Of a stretch of DNA of 64,000 nucleotides, positions 1 through 10,284 are shown one piece after another. Position 1 is the first letter of the stretch; every line of letters starts with the position of its first letter. The DNA comes from an uncultured Legionellales bacterium (GTDB lineage: Bacteria; Pseudomonadota; Gammaproteobacteria; Eutrophobiales; Eutrophobiaceae). The translations under genes and the position numbers were made by a program. Location of the stretch: assembly GCA_913045195.1 (NCBI GenBank), contig CAJWQR010000001.1, positions 27,702 through 91,701 on the forward strand, written 5' to 3'. Under the pieces are notes generated by a model, which was given only the letters and a program-made list of their open reading frames with translations, was not told the DNA's origin and did no database searches.

Positions 1-220
1 GCCCCTGGAGCATTCCCCGTATAGCATTTTCAAGAAGTTTTTTGTCATTTATACTTTCAACATAGCCATCTTTAATTTTCGAGAATATCTCAGTGAATGT
101 TCGAATTTCATTCAAGGGCAGCATATCAACGTCTTTTTCTTCTTCAGGATTTGCCACAGTGAGATTACTAGTAATAAATACAAGCAATATCGTAAATAGT
201 AATTTTTTGAATATAGACAT
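1..220 (-). CDS. ctpA: S41-family carboxy-terminal processing protease, N-terminal part (runs off window edge)
   Basis: Hand translation from ATG at 220: MSIFKKLLFTILLVFITSNLTVANPEEEKDVDMLPLNEIRTFTEIFSKIKDGYVESINDKKLLENAIRGMLQG, typical CtpA N-terminus; GGAG RBS upstream; follows gpmI-envC. Confidence 0.9.
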   Translation of the reverse strand, partial: MSIFKKLLFTILLVFITSNLTVANPEEEKDVDMLPLNEIRTFTEIFSKIKDGYVESINDKKLLENAIRGMLQG

Positions 221-350
221 TATTCAACTCCATTAAAATAGTTATTAATGAATTATTTTGACTTTTTATTATTAAGAAACGTTCTATTTAAATTTATTTT
301 TTTATTAAATATATCTGTGTTTAGGTATATAACGACAGGTTATATTAAAT

Positions 351-1523
351 CTATTTCTTACACCAGTGTGACGGATTTAAAGTTTTCTTACCTTTTCTAA
401 TCTCAAAATAAAGAGCCGCATTATTTTGGCCTCCACTATCACCTACAGCAGCAATCTTTTCTCCAGTTTTAACAAAATTACCGGTACTTTTAAATAATTT
501 TTGATTATGCCCGTATAAACTTAGATAACCATTCTCATGCTCAATAATTACTAACAAACCAAAATTACGAAACCAATCTGCAAATACAATTTTCCCTTCG
601 CTAACGGCATTCACATCTGAACCAGCTTTTGCGCCAATTAGAACTCCTTGCCACTTTAGATTAGTCGTTTTTTTTTGCTCACCAAACTTTTTTAACAATT
701 TTCCCTTTATGGGCCAGATTAATTTCCCTTTTTTCGAATCAAAAGTAAATTTCTTATTAACAGTATTTATTTTTTTTGGCTTACGGACGTTCAGCTCATT
801 TAGAAGTTTTTCTAGCTCACGTTCATTTTCTTTAAGGAGTAAAAGCTTAACTCCTTGCTTCTCTATATGTTTTTTTATGTCAAATATAAAATTAAGTCTA
901 TTCTCTCTATAATCATTAAAATTATTTAATTTATATTTATAGTTATTTTTCTGTAGTTCAAGTTTTGATGTTTGCTCAACAATAACCAATTGAATTTTAT
1001 TTATATTTTTTAAGGCATCCTTTAATTTTTTTATACGTTCAGAACGAGCATGATTATCATAATCGTAGTAAGCAATTGCACGCCCTACTTGAGATATATT
1101 TTGTTGATTGAGTAACAGTTTAATATAGTCGTATTGACCTATTTGATAAATAGTCTTAACTTGCGAGATTAATATTTTTTTTTCCTTACTAAGTATTCTT
1201 TGGTGATTTTCTTTTTCAATTTTTAATTTTTTAAGGGCACTATTTTTTTTTGAGATATCATTTTTAATATTTTCAAGTTGATTTGATATTTCAAATGTCA
1301 TTAACTCATTTTTATGCAATTCTATTTTTAATGTATCAACTTTACTTTTGGCTTTTTTTATTTTTGTACTTACATCGTTCATACGAATCTGAATATTTTT
1401 AAGTTTTAATTTTTCTTCATGATTTGATTCATTCGCAGTTGATGTGGAAGAAAAAATTAATAAAAAAAATATAATATAATATTCAGTAATGATAATTCTC
1501 GAAAAAGGAAACATAAAAATCAT
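351..1523 (-). CDS. envC: Murein hydrolase activator EnvC (coiled coil + degenerate M23/LytM domain)
   Basis: Hydrophobic N-terminus, long coiled coil, WPIKG..FG, WQGVLI, YLSLYGHN, LYFEIR motifs; between gpmI and ctpA; exact start uncertain. Confidence 0.9.
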   Translation of the reverse strand: MIFMFPFSRIIITEYYIIFFLLIFSSTSTANESNHEEKLKLKNIQIRMNDVSTKIKKAKSKVDTLKIELHKNELMTFEISNQLENIKNDISKKNSALKKLKIEKENHQRILSKEKKILISQVKTIYQIGQYDYIKLLLNQQNISQVGRAIAYYDYDNHARSERIKKLKDALKNINKIQLVIVEQTSKLELQKNNYKYKLNNFNDYRENRLNFIFDIKKHIEKQGVKLLLLKENERELEKLLNELNVRKPKKINTVNKKFTFDSKKGKLIWPIKGKLLKKFGEQKKTTNLKWQGVLIGAKAGSDVNAVSEGKIVFADWFRNFGLLVIIEHENGYLSLYGHNQKLFKSTGNFVKTGEKIAAVGDSGGQNNAALYFEIRKGKKTLNPSHWCKK

Positions 1524-3109
1524 TTTCCAATAACAGTAGCCTTATCATCTTCCATTAGTTTTATAAGTGATTTACCAGTCATTTCTTTAGGTTGAGGAAT
1601 ATTCATTATCTCAAGAAGTGTTGGAGAAACATCTGACAAGGACCCTACGCTTGGAAGACACTTTGCTGGTCTACCAATGTAAATTAAGGGGACTAGATTG
1701 CTTGTATGCGCGGTGTGTGGCTGCGATTTAATTTTTTCTGTTGTGTACGATTTTATTTGTTCTGCATTACCATGATCTGCAGTTATAAGAATTTCACCCC
1801 CCACTTTTTGCGCAGATTCAATAATTTCCCCCAGACATTTATCAATTGTTTCTATTGCTGAGATCGTCGCTTTAAAATTACCTGTGTGACCAACCATATC
1901 AGCATTAGCAAAATTACATATTATGGAATCATATTTACGACTTTTAATCGAATCTATTAAATGATCTGTTATTTTTTCTGCGCTCATCTCAGGCGCGAGA
2001 TCATAAGTGCGTACATGTGGTGATGGAACCAATATGCGATCTTCGCCTTCGAATGCGCTTTCATCTCCACCATTAAAAAAGAAAGTTACGTGCGCATATT
2101 TTTCAGTTTCAGCAATACGTAATTGTTTTAATCCAAAACTAGAAATATATTTTCCGAAAACATTTGGTAAAGAGACAGGAGGGAAAGCAACTGGAAATTC
2201 ATACTCAGCTTTATAAGATGTCAAACTAATAAAGGTCGATAGTTTGGGCATTCTTTCACGTTCAAATGCTTTAAATGTCGATTTAGTAAATGCACGTGCC
2301 AACTGTCTAGCACGATCTGCTCGATAATTCGCAAAAATAATCACATCATCATCTTCGACAATAATTGGAGACTCCCCAGGTTTGGTTATTGCAGTTGGGG
2401 ATATAAACTCATCTGATTCATTTCTAGCGTAAGCCATGTCAATAGCAATGAACGGGTCACTTGATCTATAGTTTGCTTTTCCTTGACTAATCAAGTCATA
2501 AGCAAGTTTCGTTCTGCCCCAGTGTTTATTCCTGTCCATTGCGTAATAACGACCAATCAGAGAAACAATTTGACCTATGTTCAATTCTTTAATTTTTAGC
2601 TGTGCTTTGTGTATTGATTCTACAGCACATTTTGGGGATGTATCTCGGCCATCAAGAAATATATGAAGGTACAATTTTTTAACTTCACATTTATTAGCTA
2701 GTTCCATTAGCGTAAAAATATGATCTTCATGGCTATGCACTCCCCCCGCAGAAAGCAAGCCAAGTAAGTGAACAGCTTTGTTATTCCTTGACGCGCGATT
2801 GAATGCAGTATTCAGAGTTTTATTGTCGTCGAATGTTCCATCCTTTATAGCGCGTGTAATGCGTGTAAATTCCTGGTCAACGACACGCCCCGCGCCAATA
2901 TTCATATGACCCACCTCAGAGTTGCCCATTTGAGAGGCAGGTAACCCAACATCAAGACCTGACGCGTTTATAAGTGTATGAGGGTACTCGTCCCAGATTC
3001 GGTCCCAAACCGGTTTATTTGCAGAATATATCGCATTGTAGTCAGTATTATCGGTATGACCCCAGCCATCAAGAATTATTAAAATAGTAGGTTTATGAAC
3101 TAATTGCAT
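1520..3109 (-). CDS. gpmI: 2,3-bisphosphoglycerate-independent phosphoglycerate mutase
   Basis: LIILDGWG, MGNSEVGH, AETEKYAHVTFFFNGG, NADMVGHTG, ITADHGNAE motifs. Confidence 0.98.
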   Translation of the reverse strand: MQLVHKPTILIILDGWGHTDNTDYNAIYSANKPVWDRIWDEYPHTLINASGLDVGLPASQMGNSEVGHMNIGAGRVVDQEFTRITRAIKDGTFDDNKTLNTAFNRASRNNKAVHLLGLLSAGGVHSHEDHIFTLMELANKCEVKKLYLHIFLDGRDTSPKCAVESIHKAQLKIKELNIGQIVSLIGRYYAMDRNKHWGRTKLAYDLISQGKANYRSSDPFIAIDMAYARNESDEFISPTAITKPGESPIIVEDDDVIIFANYRADRARQLARAFTKSTFKAFERERMPKLSTFISLTSYKAEYEFPVAFPPVSLPNVFGKYISSFGLKQLRIAETEKYAHVTFFFNGGDESAFEGEDRILVPSPHVRTYDLAPEMSAEKITDHLIDSIKSRKYDSIICNFANADMVGHTGNFKATISAIETIDKCLGEIIESAQKVGGEILITADHGNAEQIKSYTTEKIKSQPHTAHTSNLVPLIYIGRPAKCLPSVGSLSDVSPTLLEIMNIPQPKEMTGKSLIKLMEDDKATVIGK

Positions 3110-3394
3110 CGTAAATATTGACTATCATTGATAGAAATGATGAAAAAATTGAATTATTCAAAGTTTTTTGCAATTTTAATCTGCAAATAAATATAAAATT
3201 GAGGTCGTCGGTTAATTTAAGTCAATATCCTGTTAGACTTTAAGTTTCAAAGACTTTATACGAATATTAACATGAAATTATTGAATACAACACGTTAAAT
3301 CAGGCAGCTATTTACCGTATTTCAATGGTTTTTTCATCACTAGATATAACGTATTATTTGTCTCTGTTTAAACTAACAATAAGAGAATAACTAA

Positions 3395-3835
3395 ATGGAA
3401 AAGTTCCCCATATTCGTTCTACATCACCCCTATCTATTTTCATTACTTTTTGTAATTTTGACATTATTAATATGGAATATATTTGGCGGTATTGTTGGCG
3501 GTGTTAAGATATTGACCACAGATGAAGCTACACAACTTATTAATCGTGAAAACGCAGAAGTAGTTGATATTCGCAGTCAAAAAGAATTTGAAAATGGACA
3601 CATTATTAATGCCAAAAATATCAGTTCGCAAGAATTACCTGAGAAATTTAATAAGTTAAGAAAAGATAGTGGTAAAGGAATTATTTTTTATTGTACTAAT
3701 GGAAGTCTTTCATTGAAAGAAGCGCAAAAACTAATGAGACAGGGCGAAGAAATGATCTATTGTTTAAAAGGAGGTGTTACATCATGGCAGAATGCCAATT
3801 TACCTTTAACCAAAGGTCTCAAAAGTAATTCATAA
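3395..3835 (+). CDS. Membrane-anchored rhodanese-like protein (YibN-type)
   Basis: N-terminal TM helix, VVDIR..EFENGHI, YCTNG, LKGGVTSW; upstream of secB. Confidence 0.9.
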   Translation: MEKFPIFVLHHPYLFSLLFVILTLLIWNIFGGIVGGVKILTTDEATQLINRENAEVVDIRSQKEFENGHIINAKNISSQELPEKFNKLRKDSGKGIIFYCTNGSLSLKEAQKLMRQGEEMIYCLKGGVTSWQNANLPLTKGLKSNS

Positions 3836-3875
3836 TTTTTTAAATTATATTATATTTTAAATAAGGCAAGTATTT

Positions 3876-4355
3876 ATGGCTAAAAAAAAGGACAAAATTG
3901 AAGAAGAAAAAGACACGCAATTCTCAATTCAAAAGATTTATATAAAAGATATATCTTTTGAGACACCAAATTCACCTGATACATTTAAGATGGAGTGGAA
4001 GCCGGTTGTAGACATGCATATAACGAATGAAGCTACTCCATTAAGTGAGGAACTTTTTGATGTAGTATTATCGGTTACTATAACAGTAAAAATAGACGAT
4101 AAAATAGTATACTTAGTTGAGATCAATCAAGCTGGTATTTTCTTAATAAAAAATATACCAGAGGATGTACTCGGCCGTATGCTAGCAACATCTTGTGCAA
4201 ATATTTTATTTCCATTTGCTCGTGAGGCAATTTCAGATATCGTTACAAGAGGAGGATTTCCTCAGCTGTTAGTTTCTCCAGTAAATTTTGATGCATTGTA
4301 TGAACAACAAAAAAAACAAGCCACAGAGCAGGCAAAGCAAAATACAACTCATTAA
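3876..4355 (+). CDS. secB: Protein-export chaperone SecB
   Basis: FSIQKIYIKDISFETPNSP, CANILFPFARE, RGGFPQL..PVNFDALY. Confidence 0.98.
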   Translation: MAKKKDKIEEEKDTQFSIQKIYIKDISFETPNSPDTFKMEWKPVVDMHITNEATPLSEELFDVVLSVTITVKIDDKIVYLVEINQAGIFLIKNIPEDVLGRMLATSCANILFPFAREAISDIVTRGGFPQLLVSPVNFDALYEQQKKQATEQAKQNTTH

Positions 4356-4368
4356 ATAGGAATAAAAA

Positions 4369-5361
4369 ATGACGTCACAACCAGTATTAGTGCAAGGCGC
4401 TGGGTCCTGGGGGACAGCATTAGCTTTAGTTTTAGCACGTAATCATCACCAAGTTTATCTTTGGGATATTAACCTCGAGATGATAAGGGAAATAAAATTA
4501 GTTCGATATAACAGAAAATATTTGCCTGAAATTAAGATACCCAAAAATGTTTTTCCAATTGAAGAGGTTGAAGAAGTTCCAGCCGAAATAAAGAAAATAA
4601 TTAGTGCAGTGCCCTGTCATGCGCTTCGAAGTAGTTTAAATTTTTTAAAGCCATTATCTATAGGTAGTATATGTATAGCTTGTAAGGGATTTGAGCCAGA
4701 CACACAAAAACTAAATCATAAAGTTATTGAGGAAGAAATTAATAATTGCTCCATTGCAGTCCTTTCCGGACCATCTTTTGCTAAAGAAGTAGCATCAGGG
4801 TTGCCAACAGCGATAACTATAGCATCAAAAGATATCAAAATTGCGCAAGATTTTTCAAGCCTTTTCCATTCAGATATTTTTAGAACTTATGTGCATTCTG
4901 ATTATATTGGTGTTCAAATTGCTGGCGCCGTAAAAAACGTGATGGCTATTGCAGCAGGTATTTCAGATGGATTAGGTTTTGGTAGTAATGCCAGATCTGC
5001 ACTGATTACGCGCGGACTAGCAGAAATAATTCGATTAGGTATATCGATAGGGGCTAAACAAGAAACCTTTTTGGGACTAGCAGGTCTTGGTGATTTAATT
5101 TTAACTTGCACGGATAATCAATCTCGCAACCGTCGACTTGGATTACTGTTAGCTGATGGATTGTCTGTTAAGCAAGCCTGCGAAAAAATTAATCAGGAAA
5201 TTGAGGGTTTGAATACTGCAAAAGAAGTTGGGGTGTTGGCAAAAAAAAATAAAATAGAAATGCCAATAACCGAACAAGTCATCAATGTTTTAGAATCTAA
5301 ATGTTCAGCAAAAGATGCAGTGCAAAATCTATTAAATCGAGAACAGAAAATTGAGACTTAA
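4369..5361 (+). CDS. gpsA: NAD(P)H-dependent glycerol-3-phosphate dehydrogenase
   Basis: GAGSWGTALA, LSGPSFAKEV, GAVKNVMAIAAG, GLGDLILTCTDNQSRN. Confidence 0.98.
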   Translation: MTSQPVLVQGAGSWGTALALVLARNHHQVYLWDINLEMIREIKLVRYNRKYLPEIKIPKNVFPIEEVEEVPAEIKKIISAVPCHALRSSLNFLKPLSIGSICIACKGFEPDTQKLNHKVIEEEINNCSIAVLSGPSFAKEVASGLPTAITIASKDIKIAQDFSSLFHSDIFRTYVHSDYIGVQIAGAVKNVMAIAAGISDGLGFGSNARSALITRGLAEIIRLGISIGAKQETFLGLAGLGDLILTCTDNQSRNRRLGLLLADGLSVKQACEKINQEIEGLNTAKEVGVLAKKNKIEMPITEQVINVLESKCSAKDAVQNLLNREQKIET

Positions 5362-5362
5362 T

Positions 5363-5839
5363 TTATCTAATTTTTTTATTATCATACTTGAAATTTATTT
5401 GTCTCCAAGCTTCATAGATAATAATACTAGTCGCATTTGATAGATTTAAACTTCTGTTATTTTTTAGCATAGGAATTTTTAAAATTTTTTCAATTTCAAA
5501 TTTATCCAATATTTTTTTCGGAAGTCCTCTGGTTTCAGGACCAAATATGAAACTATCATTCTTAAAGAAATTGCAATTCGAATAATATTTTTTCCCTTTG
5601 GTTGATATAGCATAAAGGGATTTGAAACCATTTTTATCAATATAGTCTTCAAAATCATTATAATGATAAACAATTGACCAATCTATATAATCCAATCCTG
5701 CACGCCGAAGTTCTTTCGCATTCGTTTCAAAACCAAGCGGGTGTATTAAGTGAAGTTTTGCTCCTGTATTAGCGCAAAGACGTATAATATTTCCAGTATT
5801 TGGTGGAATTTCTGGCTCAAATAGAACAACATTAAACAT
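5363..5839 (-). CDS. trmL: tRNA (cytidine/uridine-34 2'-O)-methyltransferase, SPOUT family
   Basis: VLFEPEIPPNTGNIIRLCANTG, LRRAGLDY, FGPETRGLP, RSLNLSN. Confidence 0.97.
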   Translation of the reverse strand: MFNVVLFEPEIPPNTGNIIRLCANTGAKLHLIHPLGFETNAKELRRAGLDYIDWSIVYHYNDFEDYIDKNGFKSLYAISTKGKKYYSNCNFFKNDSFIFGPETRGLPKKILDKFEIEKILKIPMLKNNRSLNLSNATSIIIYEAWRQINFKYDNKKIR

Positions 5840-5874
5840 AGGCTAATTTTATATCCCAAAAAATAATATCCAAT

Positions 5875-6834
5875 ATGACAAAAATGTCTCTAAATGTGAA
5901 ACAGAAGAAAAAACTTAATATTGAATTTTGTGGTTTACAATTTAATACCCCGCTAGTTTTATTGTCGGGTTGTGTTGGTTTTGGCGAAGAATATACACGC
6001 ATTAACGGATTTTCTAATACTGATGTTGGCGCAATATGTTTGAAGGGAACTACTCTTGAGCCTCGTTTAGGTAATTCTCCTCATAGAATCGCTGAAACTT
6101 ATTTGGGCATGTTAAACGCAATAGGTTTACAAAACCCTGGCTCAAAAGTAGTTGTTGATGAATATTTACCACATCTTGATTTTGAAGAGACGTGTTTTAT
6201 AGCAAATTTATCAGGTTCAACTATCGAAGAATATGGGGAAATAACACGAATATTCGATGATTCTCCAATAAATGCTATGGAAATTAATATTTCCTGCCCA
6301 AATGTTAAAAAAGGCGGAGTAGAATTCGGGAATGACCCTGCTATGTCCGCAAAAGTTGTTGAAGCTTGTCGAAGAGCGACAAAAAAACCCTTAATAACAA
6401 AATTATCTCCTAACCAAACCGATATTGCAGAAAATGCGAAATGTTGTATAGATTCTGGTACTGATGGTTTTTCCGTTATAAATACGATGACTGGAATGGC
6501 AATTGATATAGAAAAGCGTGAACCCATTATTGGTAATAATCAAGGAGGATTATCAGGGCCTGCAATTAAACCAATTGCTTTATTAAAAGTACATCAGGTT
6601 TATGAGGTGGCAAAACAACACAATATACCAATAATAGGACAAGGGGGGATTACTACAATAGAAGACGCAATCGAATTTATTATCGCTGGATCGACGGCTA
6701 TTGGTATTGGCACAGCATTATTTTATGAGCCATTAGTTTGTTCAAAATTAAACGAGGGAATTATAAAGTATTTAGATAAATATAATATTAGTTGCGTTTC
6801 TGATCTAATCGGAACATTACAATTACATGATTAA
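5875..6834 (+). CDS. pyrD: Dihydroorotate dehydrogenase, class 1 (soluble, 1B-like catalytic subunit)
   Basis: GMLNAIGLQNPG, EINISCPNV (catalytic Cys), KLSPN, INT, GGLSGPAIKP; no membrane-binding N-terminal domain; alternative ATG at 5884. Confidence 0.93.
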   Translation: MTKMSLNVKQKKKLNIEFCGLQFNTPLVLLSGCVGFGEEYTRINGFSNTDVGAICLKGTTLEPRLGNSPHRIAETYLGMLNAIGLQNPGSKVVVDEYLPHLDFEETCFIANLSGSTIEEYGEITRIFDDSPINAMEINISCPNVKKGGVEFGNDPAMSAKVVEACRRATKKPLITKLSPNQTDIAENAKCCIDSGTDGFSVINTMTGMAIDIEKREPIIGNNQGGLSGPAIKPIALLKVHQVYEVAKQHNIPIIGQGGITTIEDAIEFIIAGSTAIGIGTALFYEPLVCSKLNEGIIKYLDKYNISCVSDLIGTLQLHD

Positions 6835-6853
6835 TTTCTTATAAATTTTCAAG

Positions 6854-7432
6854 TTATATTTTTTGTGAAATAATCATTGCCTGATTCCTAAATCCTCTAC
6901 TTAAGTCTCCAGTCATACCTTCTTCTTTGTAAAAGATTAACTTCCAGTCCTCAAAAAAATCAAGCAACTCATTTTTATTTAATTGATAATTAGGATTCTC
7001 TGGCCCCAACTTTTTAATTCTATCTTGTATAAAAGTTTGATAAAAAATTAATCCATTAGGTTTTATTGCACGGCATATATGTTTTATTAATTTACGATCA
7101 AGAAATTTACTAACAACTATAATATCAAATGTGTCTGGCTCAGGAGGTTGTTGTAGTACGTCTCTAATTTCACAATTAATTATAAAATCATATTCTTTTG
7201 ATCGAAGAGATAACTTTTCCAATGCTATTTTTGATATATCCCAAGCTGAAACATTTAATCCATTCATTGCAAGACATATTGCATTTGACCCGTATCCACA
7301 AGCGAGGTCAAGGGCATTACCCTTTACCGGCAAAAGATGCTGGTTAAAATAAAGAACTTCTGAAGGAGACGGAGGCCTCTTTATGTTAGAGCTGTAATAT
7401 TCATCCCATTTATTTTTAATTTGATTATTCAA
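6854..7432 (-). CDS. Class I SAM-dependent methyltransferase (TehB-like)
   Basis: ALDLACGYGSNAICLA, WDIS, FDIIVVSKFLDR, L..NELL motifs; start re-placed at TTG 7432 overlapping the trkH stop (TTGA), giving MNNQIKNKWDEYY. Confidence 0.85.
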   Translation of the reverse strand: MNNQIKNKWDEYYSSNIKRPPSPSEVLYFNQHLLPVKGNALDLACGYGSNAICLAMNGLNVSAWDISKIALEKLSLRSKEYDFIINCEIRDVLQQPPEPDTFDIIVVSKFLDRKLIKHICRAIKPNGLIFYQTFIQDRIKKLGPENPNYQLNKNELLDFFEDWKLIFYKEEGMTGDLSRGFRNQAMIISQKI

Positions 7433-8880
7433 CGTCGCCAAAAAGCTGGAGTAAATAAAACTAATAATGTAAATATTTCGAGTCGACCCAATAACATAGC
7501 AAGACAAAGAATCCATTTAGCGATTTCATTAATTTCATAATAATTTTGACTAACCTCTCCTAAACCTGGCCCAAGATTATTTATGCAAGCGGATAATGCT
7601 GAAAAAGCCGTTAGAAAGTCGATGTCTGTTGCCATTAATACTAATAACAGGATTGCAAATATGATAACGTAAACGGCTAGAAAACCCCATATTGCTTCAA
7701 TAATGCGTTCTGATATTGGCTTATCTCCAATTTTTATAGTAAAGATAGCGTTTGGATGAATAAGGCGTTTTATTTCTCGTACTCCTTGCTTAAAAAGTAA
7801 CAATATTCGAATAACTTTAATGCCTCCACACGTAGAACCTGCACAAGCGCCAATGAAACATGAGAAAATTAATAGCAGCGGCATAAAGCCCGGCCAATTT
7901 TGAAAGTCAGCTGTTGTAAAACCAGTTGTTGTTGCAATGGAAACAGTTTGAAAGATACTATCTCTAAATACGTCGCTTAAGTTTTCATAATTACCTGCAA
8001 TTGCATTATAACTAGAACATACAATACAAATGACTATTAATATTTTCAAGTATGCATGTAGTTCGGCATCATTTAAATATGGTTTTATATTTAAATTTCG
8101 GAATGAAAGAAAATGTAAAGTAAAATTTATCCCAGATACTAGCATAAAAAATATTGCAACTGACTCAATCAAGCTATTATTAAAATAACCAATACTTTGA
8201 TCATGGGTCGAGAATCCGCCAATTGAAACTGTTGAAAAGCTATGCGCAATTGCATCAAAAAAGCTCATTCCTGCTAGGAAATATGAAAATGCGCAGACTA
8301 TAGTTATAGTCAAGTAGACGTACCAAAGAGATTTAGCTGTCTCAGTAATTCTCGGGGTTAGTTTTGTATCTTTAACTGGCCCTGGCGTCTCAGCACGATA
8401 TAGTTGCATGCCACCAATTCCTAGCATTGGCAGGATTGCAACAGCTAATACAATAATACCCATACCCCCTAGCCATTGTAACTCTTGGCGATAAAAAAGA
8501 ATCGATTTTGGTAAATTATCAATTCCTATAATTATTGTAGCTCCAGTTGTTGTGAGCCCAGAAATAGATTCAAATATAGCATCAGTGATAGATAAATCAG
8601 GAACATTTGATAACAACAGGGGTATGCTTCCCGTTAGTCCTAGACCAACCCAAAATAGAACAACAACAAAGAAACCGTCACGTAATCGTAAATCGTTTTT
8701 GAAATTTTTAACTGGTAACCAAAACAGTAATCCGATAAAAAGAATAATTACAAATGCAAGTATAAATGGAGTTGCGGAACCATCTTTAGTAAATAATGAT
8801 ATTACCAATGGCGGTATCATAGTAAGACTAAATAATGAGAGTAAAATGCCTAATATTCGTGAGATAACTGCAAGTTGCAT
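7429..8880 (-). CDS. trkH: Trk potassium uptake membrane protein
   Basis: FESISGLTTTGAT, QWLGGMGIIV, SIGGFS, TTTGF, GSTCGGIK, NNLGPGLG, MLLGRLEIF. Confidence 0.98.
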   Translation of the reverse strand: MQLAVISRILGILLSLFSLTMIPPLVISLFTKDGSATPFILAFVIILFIGLLFWLPVKNFKNDLRLRDGFFVVVLFWVGLGLTGSIPLLLSNVPDLSITDAIFESISGLTTTGATIIIGIDNLPKSILFYRQELQWLGGMGIIVLAVAILPMLGIGGMQLYRAETPGPVKDTKLTPRITETAKSLWYVYLTITIVCAFSYFLAGMSFFDAIAHSFSTVSIGGFSTHDQSIGYFNNSLIESVAIFFMLVSGINFTLHFLSFRNLNIKPYLNDAELHAYLKILIVICIVCSSYNAIAGNYENLSDVFRDSIFQTVSIATTTGFTTADFQNWPGFMPLLLIFSCFIGACAGSTCGGIKVIRILLLFKQGVREIKRLIHPNAIFTIKIGDKPISERIIEAIWGFLAVYVIIFAILLLVLMATDIDFLTAFSALSACINNLGPGLGEVSQNYYEINEIAKWILCLAMLLGRLEIFTLLVLFTPAFWRR

Positions 8881-8910
8881 AGTTATTTTTCTCTTTTAAT
8901 TATAAATTAT

Positions 8911-10284
8911 TTATAAAAATGTAATATCCACCTGGAATAACGATTCAACTTTTGCAACATGTTTTTTATCTGATACGATTAGAATTACATGATCATTAGC
9001 TTCAATAATTGTTTTTTTCTTAACCATTAATACATCGTTGCCACGAACTATCGCAGCAATTGTAGTTCCCTGCGGCAACTCTATATTTTGAATTTTTTTA
9101 CCAACAACTTTGGATGAAGATTCATTTCCATGCGCAATTGCCTCAATTGCTTCAGCAGCACCTCTTCTTAAAGAGTGCACAACCACAACATCTCCTTTTC
9201 TAACATGAGCAAGTAAACTACCTATAGTCGCTTGCTGTGGTGAAATAGCGATATCGATAGTGTTGCTTTGCACAAGGTCAACATAAGCTGCACGATTAAT
9301 TAGTGCCATTACTTTTCTAGCACCAAGTCGTTTTGCGAGCATTGAGGAAATAATATTTACTTCATCGGCATTTGTTAAAGCACAAAATACATCGGAACCA
9401 TCTATATTTTCTTCATTTAGTAATTCTTCATCTGTGGCATCTCCATGTAAGACAATGGTATTTTTTAGTTTTTCTGCTGCATGAGTAGCTTTTTTTTGGT
9501 CCAATTCTAATAATTTTATTTTATATTCATTTTCTAATGATTCTGCTAATCGTAAACCAATATTTCCACCTCCTGATATCATAATATTTTTAAGAGGTTT
9601 GTCTTTAATCCGGATATGTTGTAATAATTTATTCATTGATTTTTGTGAACTAATAAAAAATATTTCATCGTCAGCTTTTATTATAGTATCGCCATTTGGA
9701 ATTATGGGTTTCCCACTGCTGTAAATAATAGCTATTTTGTATTCTATATCTTTAAGTTTGTTTTTTAAGTCACGCAAAGAATTTCCTTCTAATACACCAC
9801 TATAGGAGGCTCGAATAACAACCATTTGTACTTTTCCATCAGCAAAATCGAGAACTTGAAGCGCACCGGGGTGCTTGATTAATTGTTGTATCTGTTCAGT
9901 TACTAATCTATCTGGACTAATAAGAACATCAACTGGTAGGGCTTCTTGAGCAAATAAAGGACTATTTTTGAGATATTCTATTTCTCGAATACGTGCAATT
10001 TTAGTTGGGGTATGAAATAACGTATAAGCAACTTGACAGGCAATCATATTGACTTCATCGCAATTTGTAACAGCCAGTATCATTTCAGCATCTTTTGCGC
10101 CGGCTTTTTCCAGTACCGAGGGATGAGATGCGATCCCGGTAATCGTTCTTAAATCATAACGCTCACTAATTACTTGTAACGCAGAAGGATTAATATCAAC
10201 TAAAGTTATATCATTATCTTCGCTAACAAGATTAGCTGCTACCGATAAACCTACTTGACCTGCTCCGAGGATTATAATTTTCAT
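8911..10284 (-). CDS. trkA: Trk potassium uptake NAD-binding regulatory subunit
   Basis: MKIIILGAGQVG, second RCK GGGNIG, HSLRRGAAEAIE. Confidence 0.98.
   Translation of the reverse strand: MKIIILGAGQVGLSVAANLVSEDNDITLVDINPSALQVISERYDLRTITGIASHPSVLEKAGAKDAEMILAVTNCDEVNMIACQVAYTLFHTPTKIARIREIEYLKNSPLFAQEALPVDVLISPDRLVTEQIQQLIKHPGALQVLDFADGKVQMVVIRASYSGVLEGNSLRDLKNKLKDIEYKIAIIYSSGKPIIPNGDTIIKADDEIFFISSQKSMNKLLQHIRIKDKPLKNIMISGGGNIGLRLAESLENEYKIKLLELDQKKATHAAEKLKNTIVLHGDATDEELLNEENIDGSDVFCALTNADEVNIISSMLAKRLGARKVMALINRAAYVDLVQSNTIDIAISPQQATIGSLLAHVRKGDVVVVHSLRRGAAEAIEAIAHGNESSSKVVGKKIQNIELPQGTTIAAIVRGNDVLMVKKKTIIEANDHVILIVSDKKHVAKVESLFQVDITFL

Noticed and set aside
3110..3394. 285-bp gpmI/rhodanese divergent spacer as a possible sRNA or small gene
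   Set aside because: AT-rich with no convincing ORF, hairpin or repeat; adequately explained as two promoters
7433..7516. N-terminal extension of the methyltransferase ORF into trkH
   Set aside because: Overlaps conserved trkH codons; a TTGA-coupled start at 7432 is more plausible
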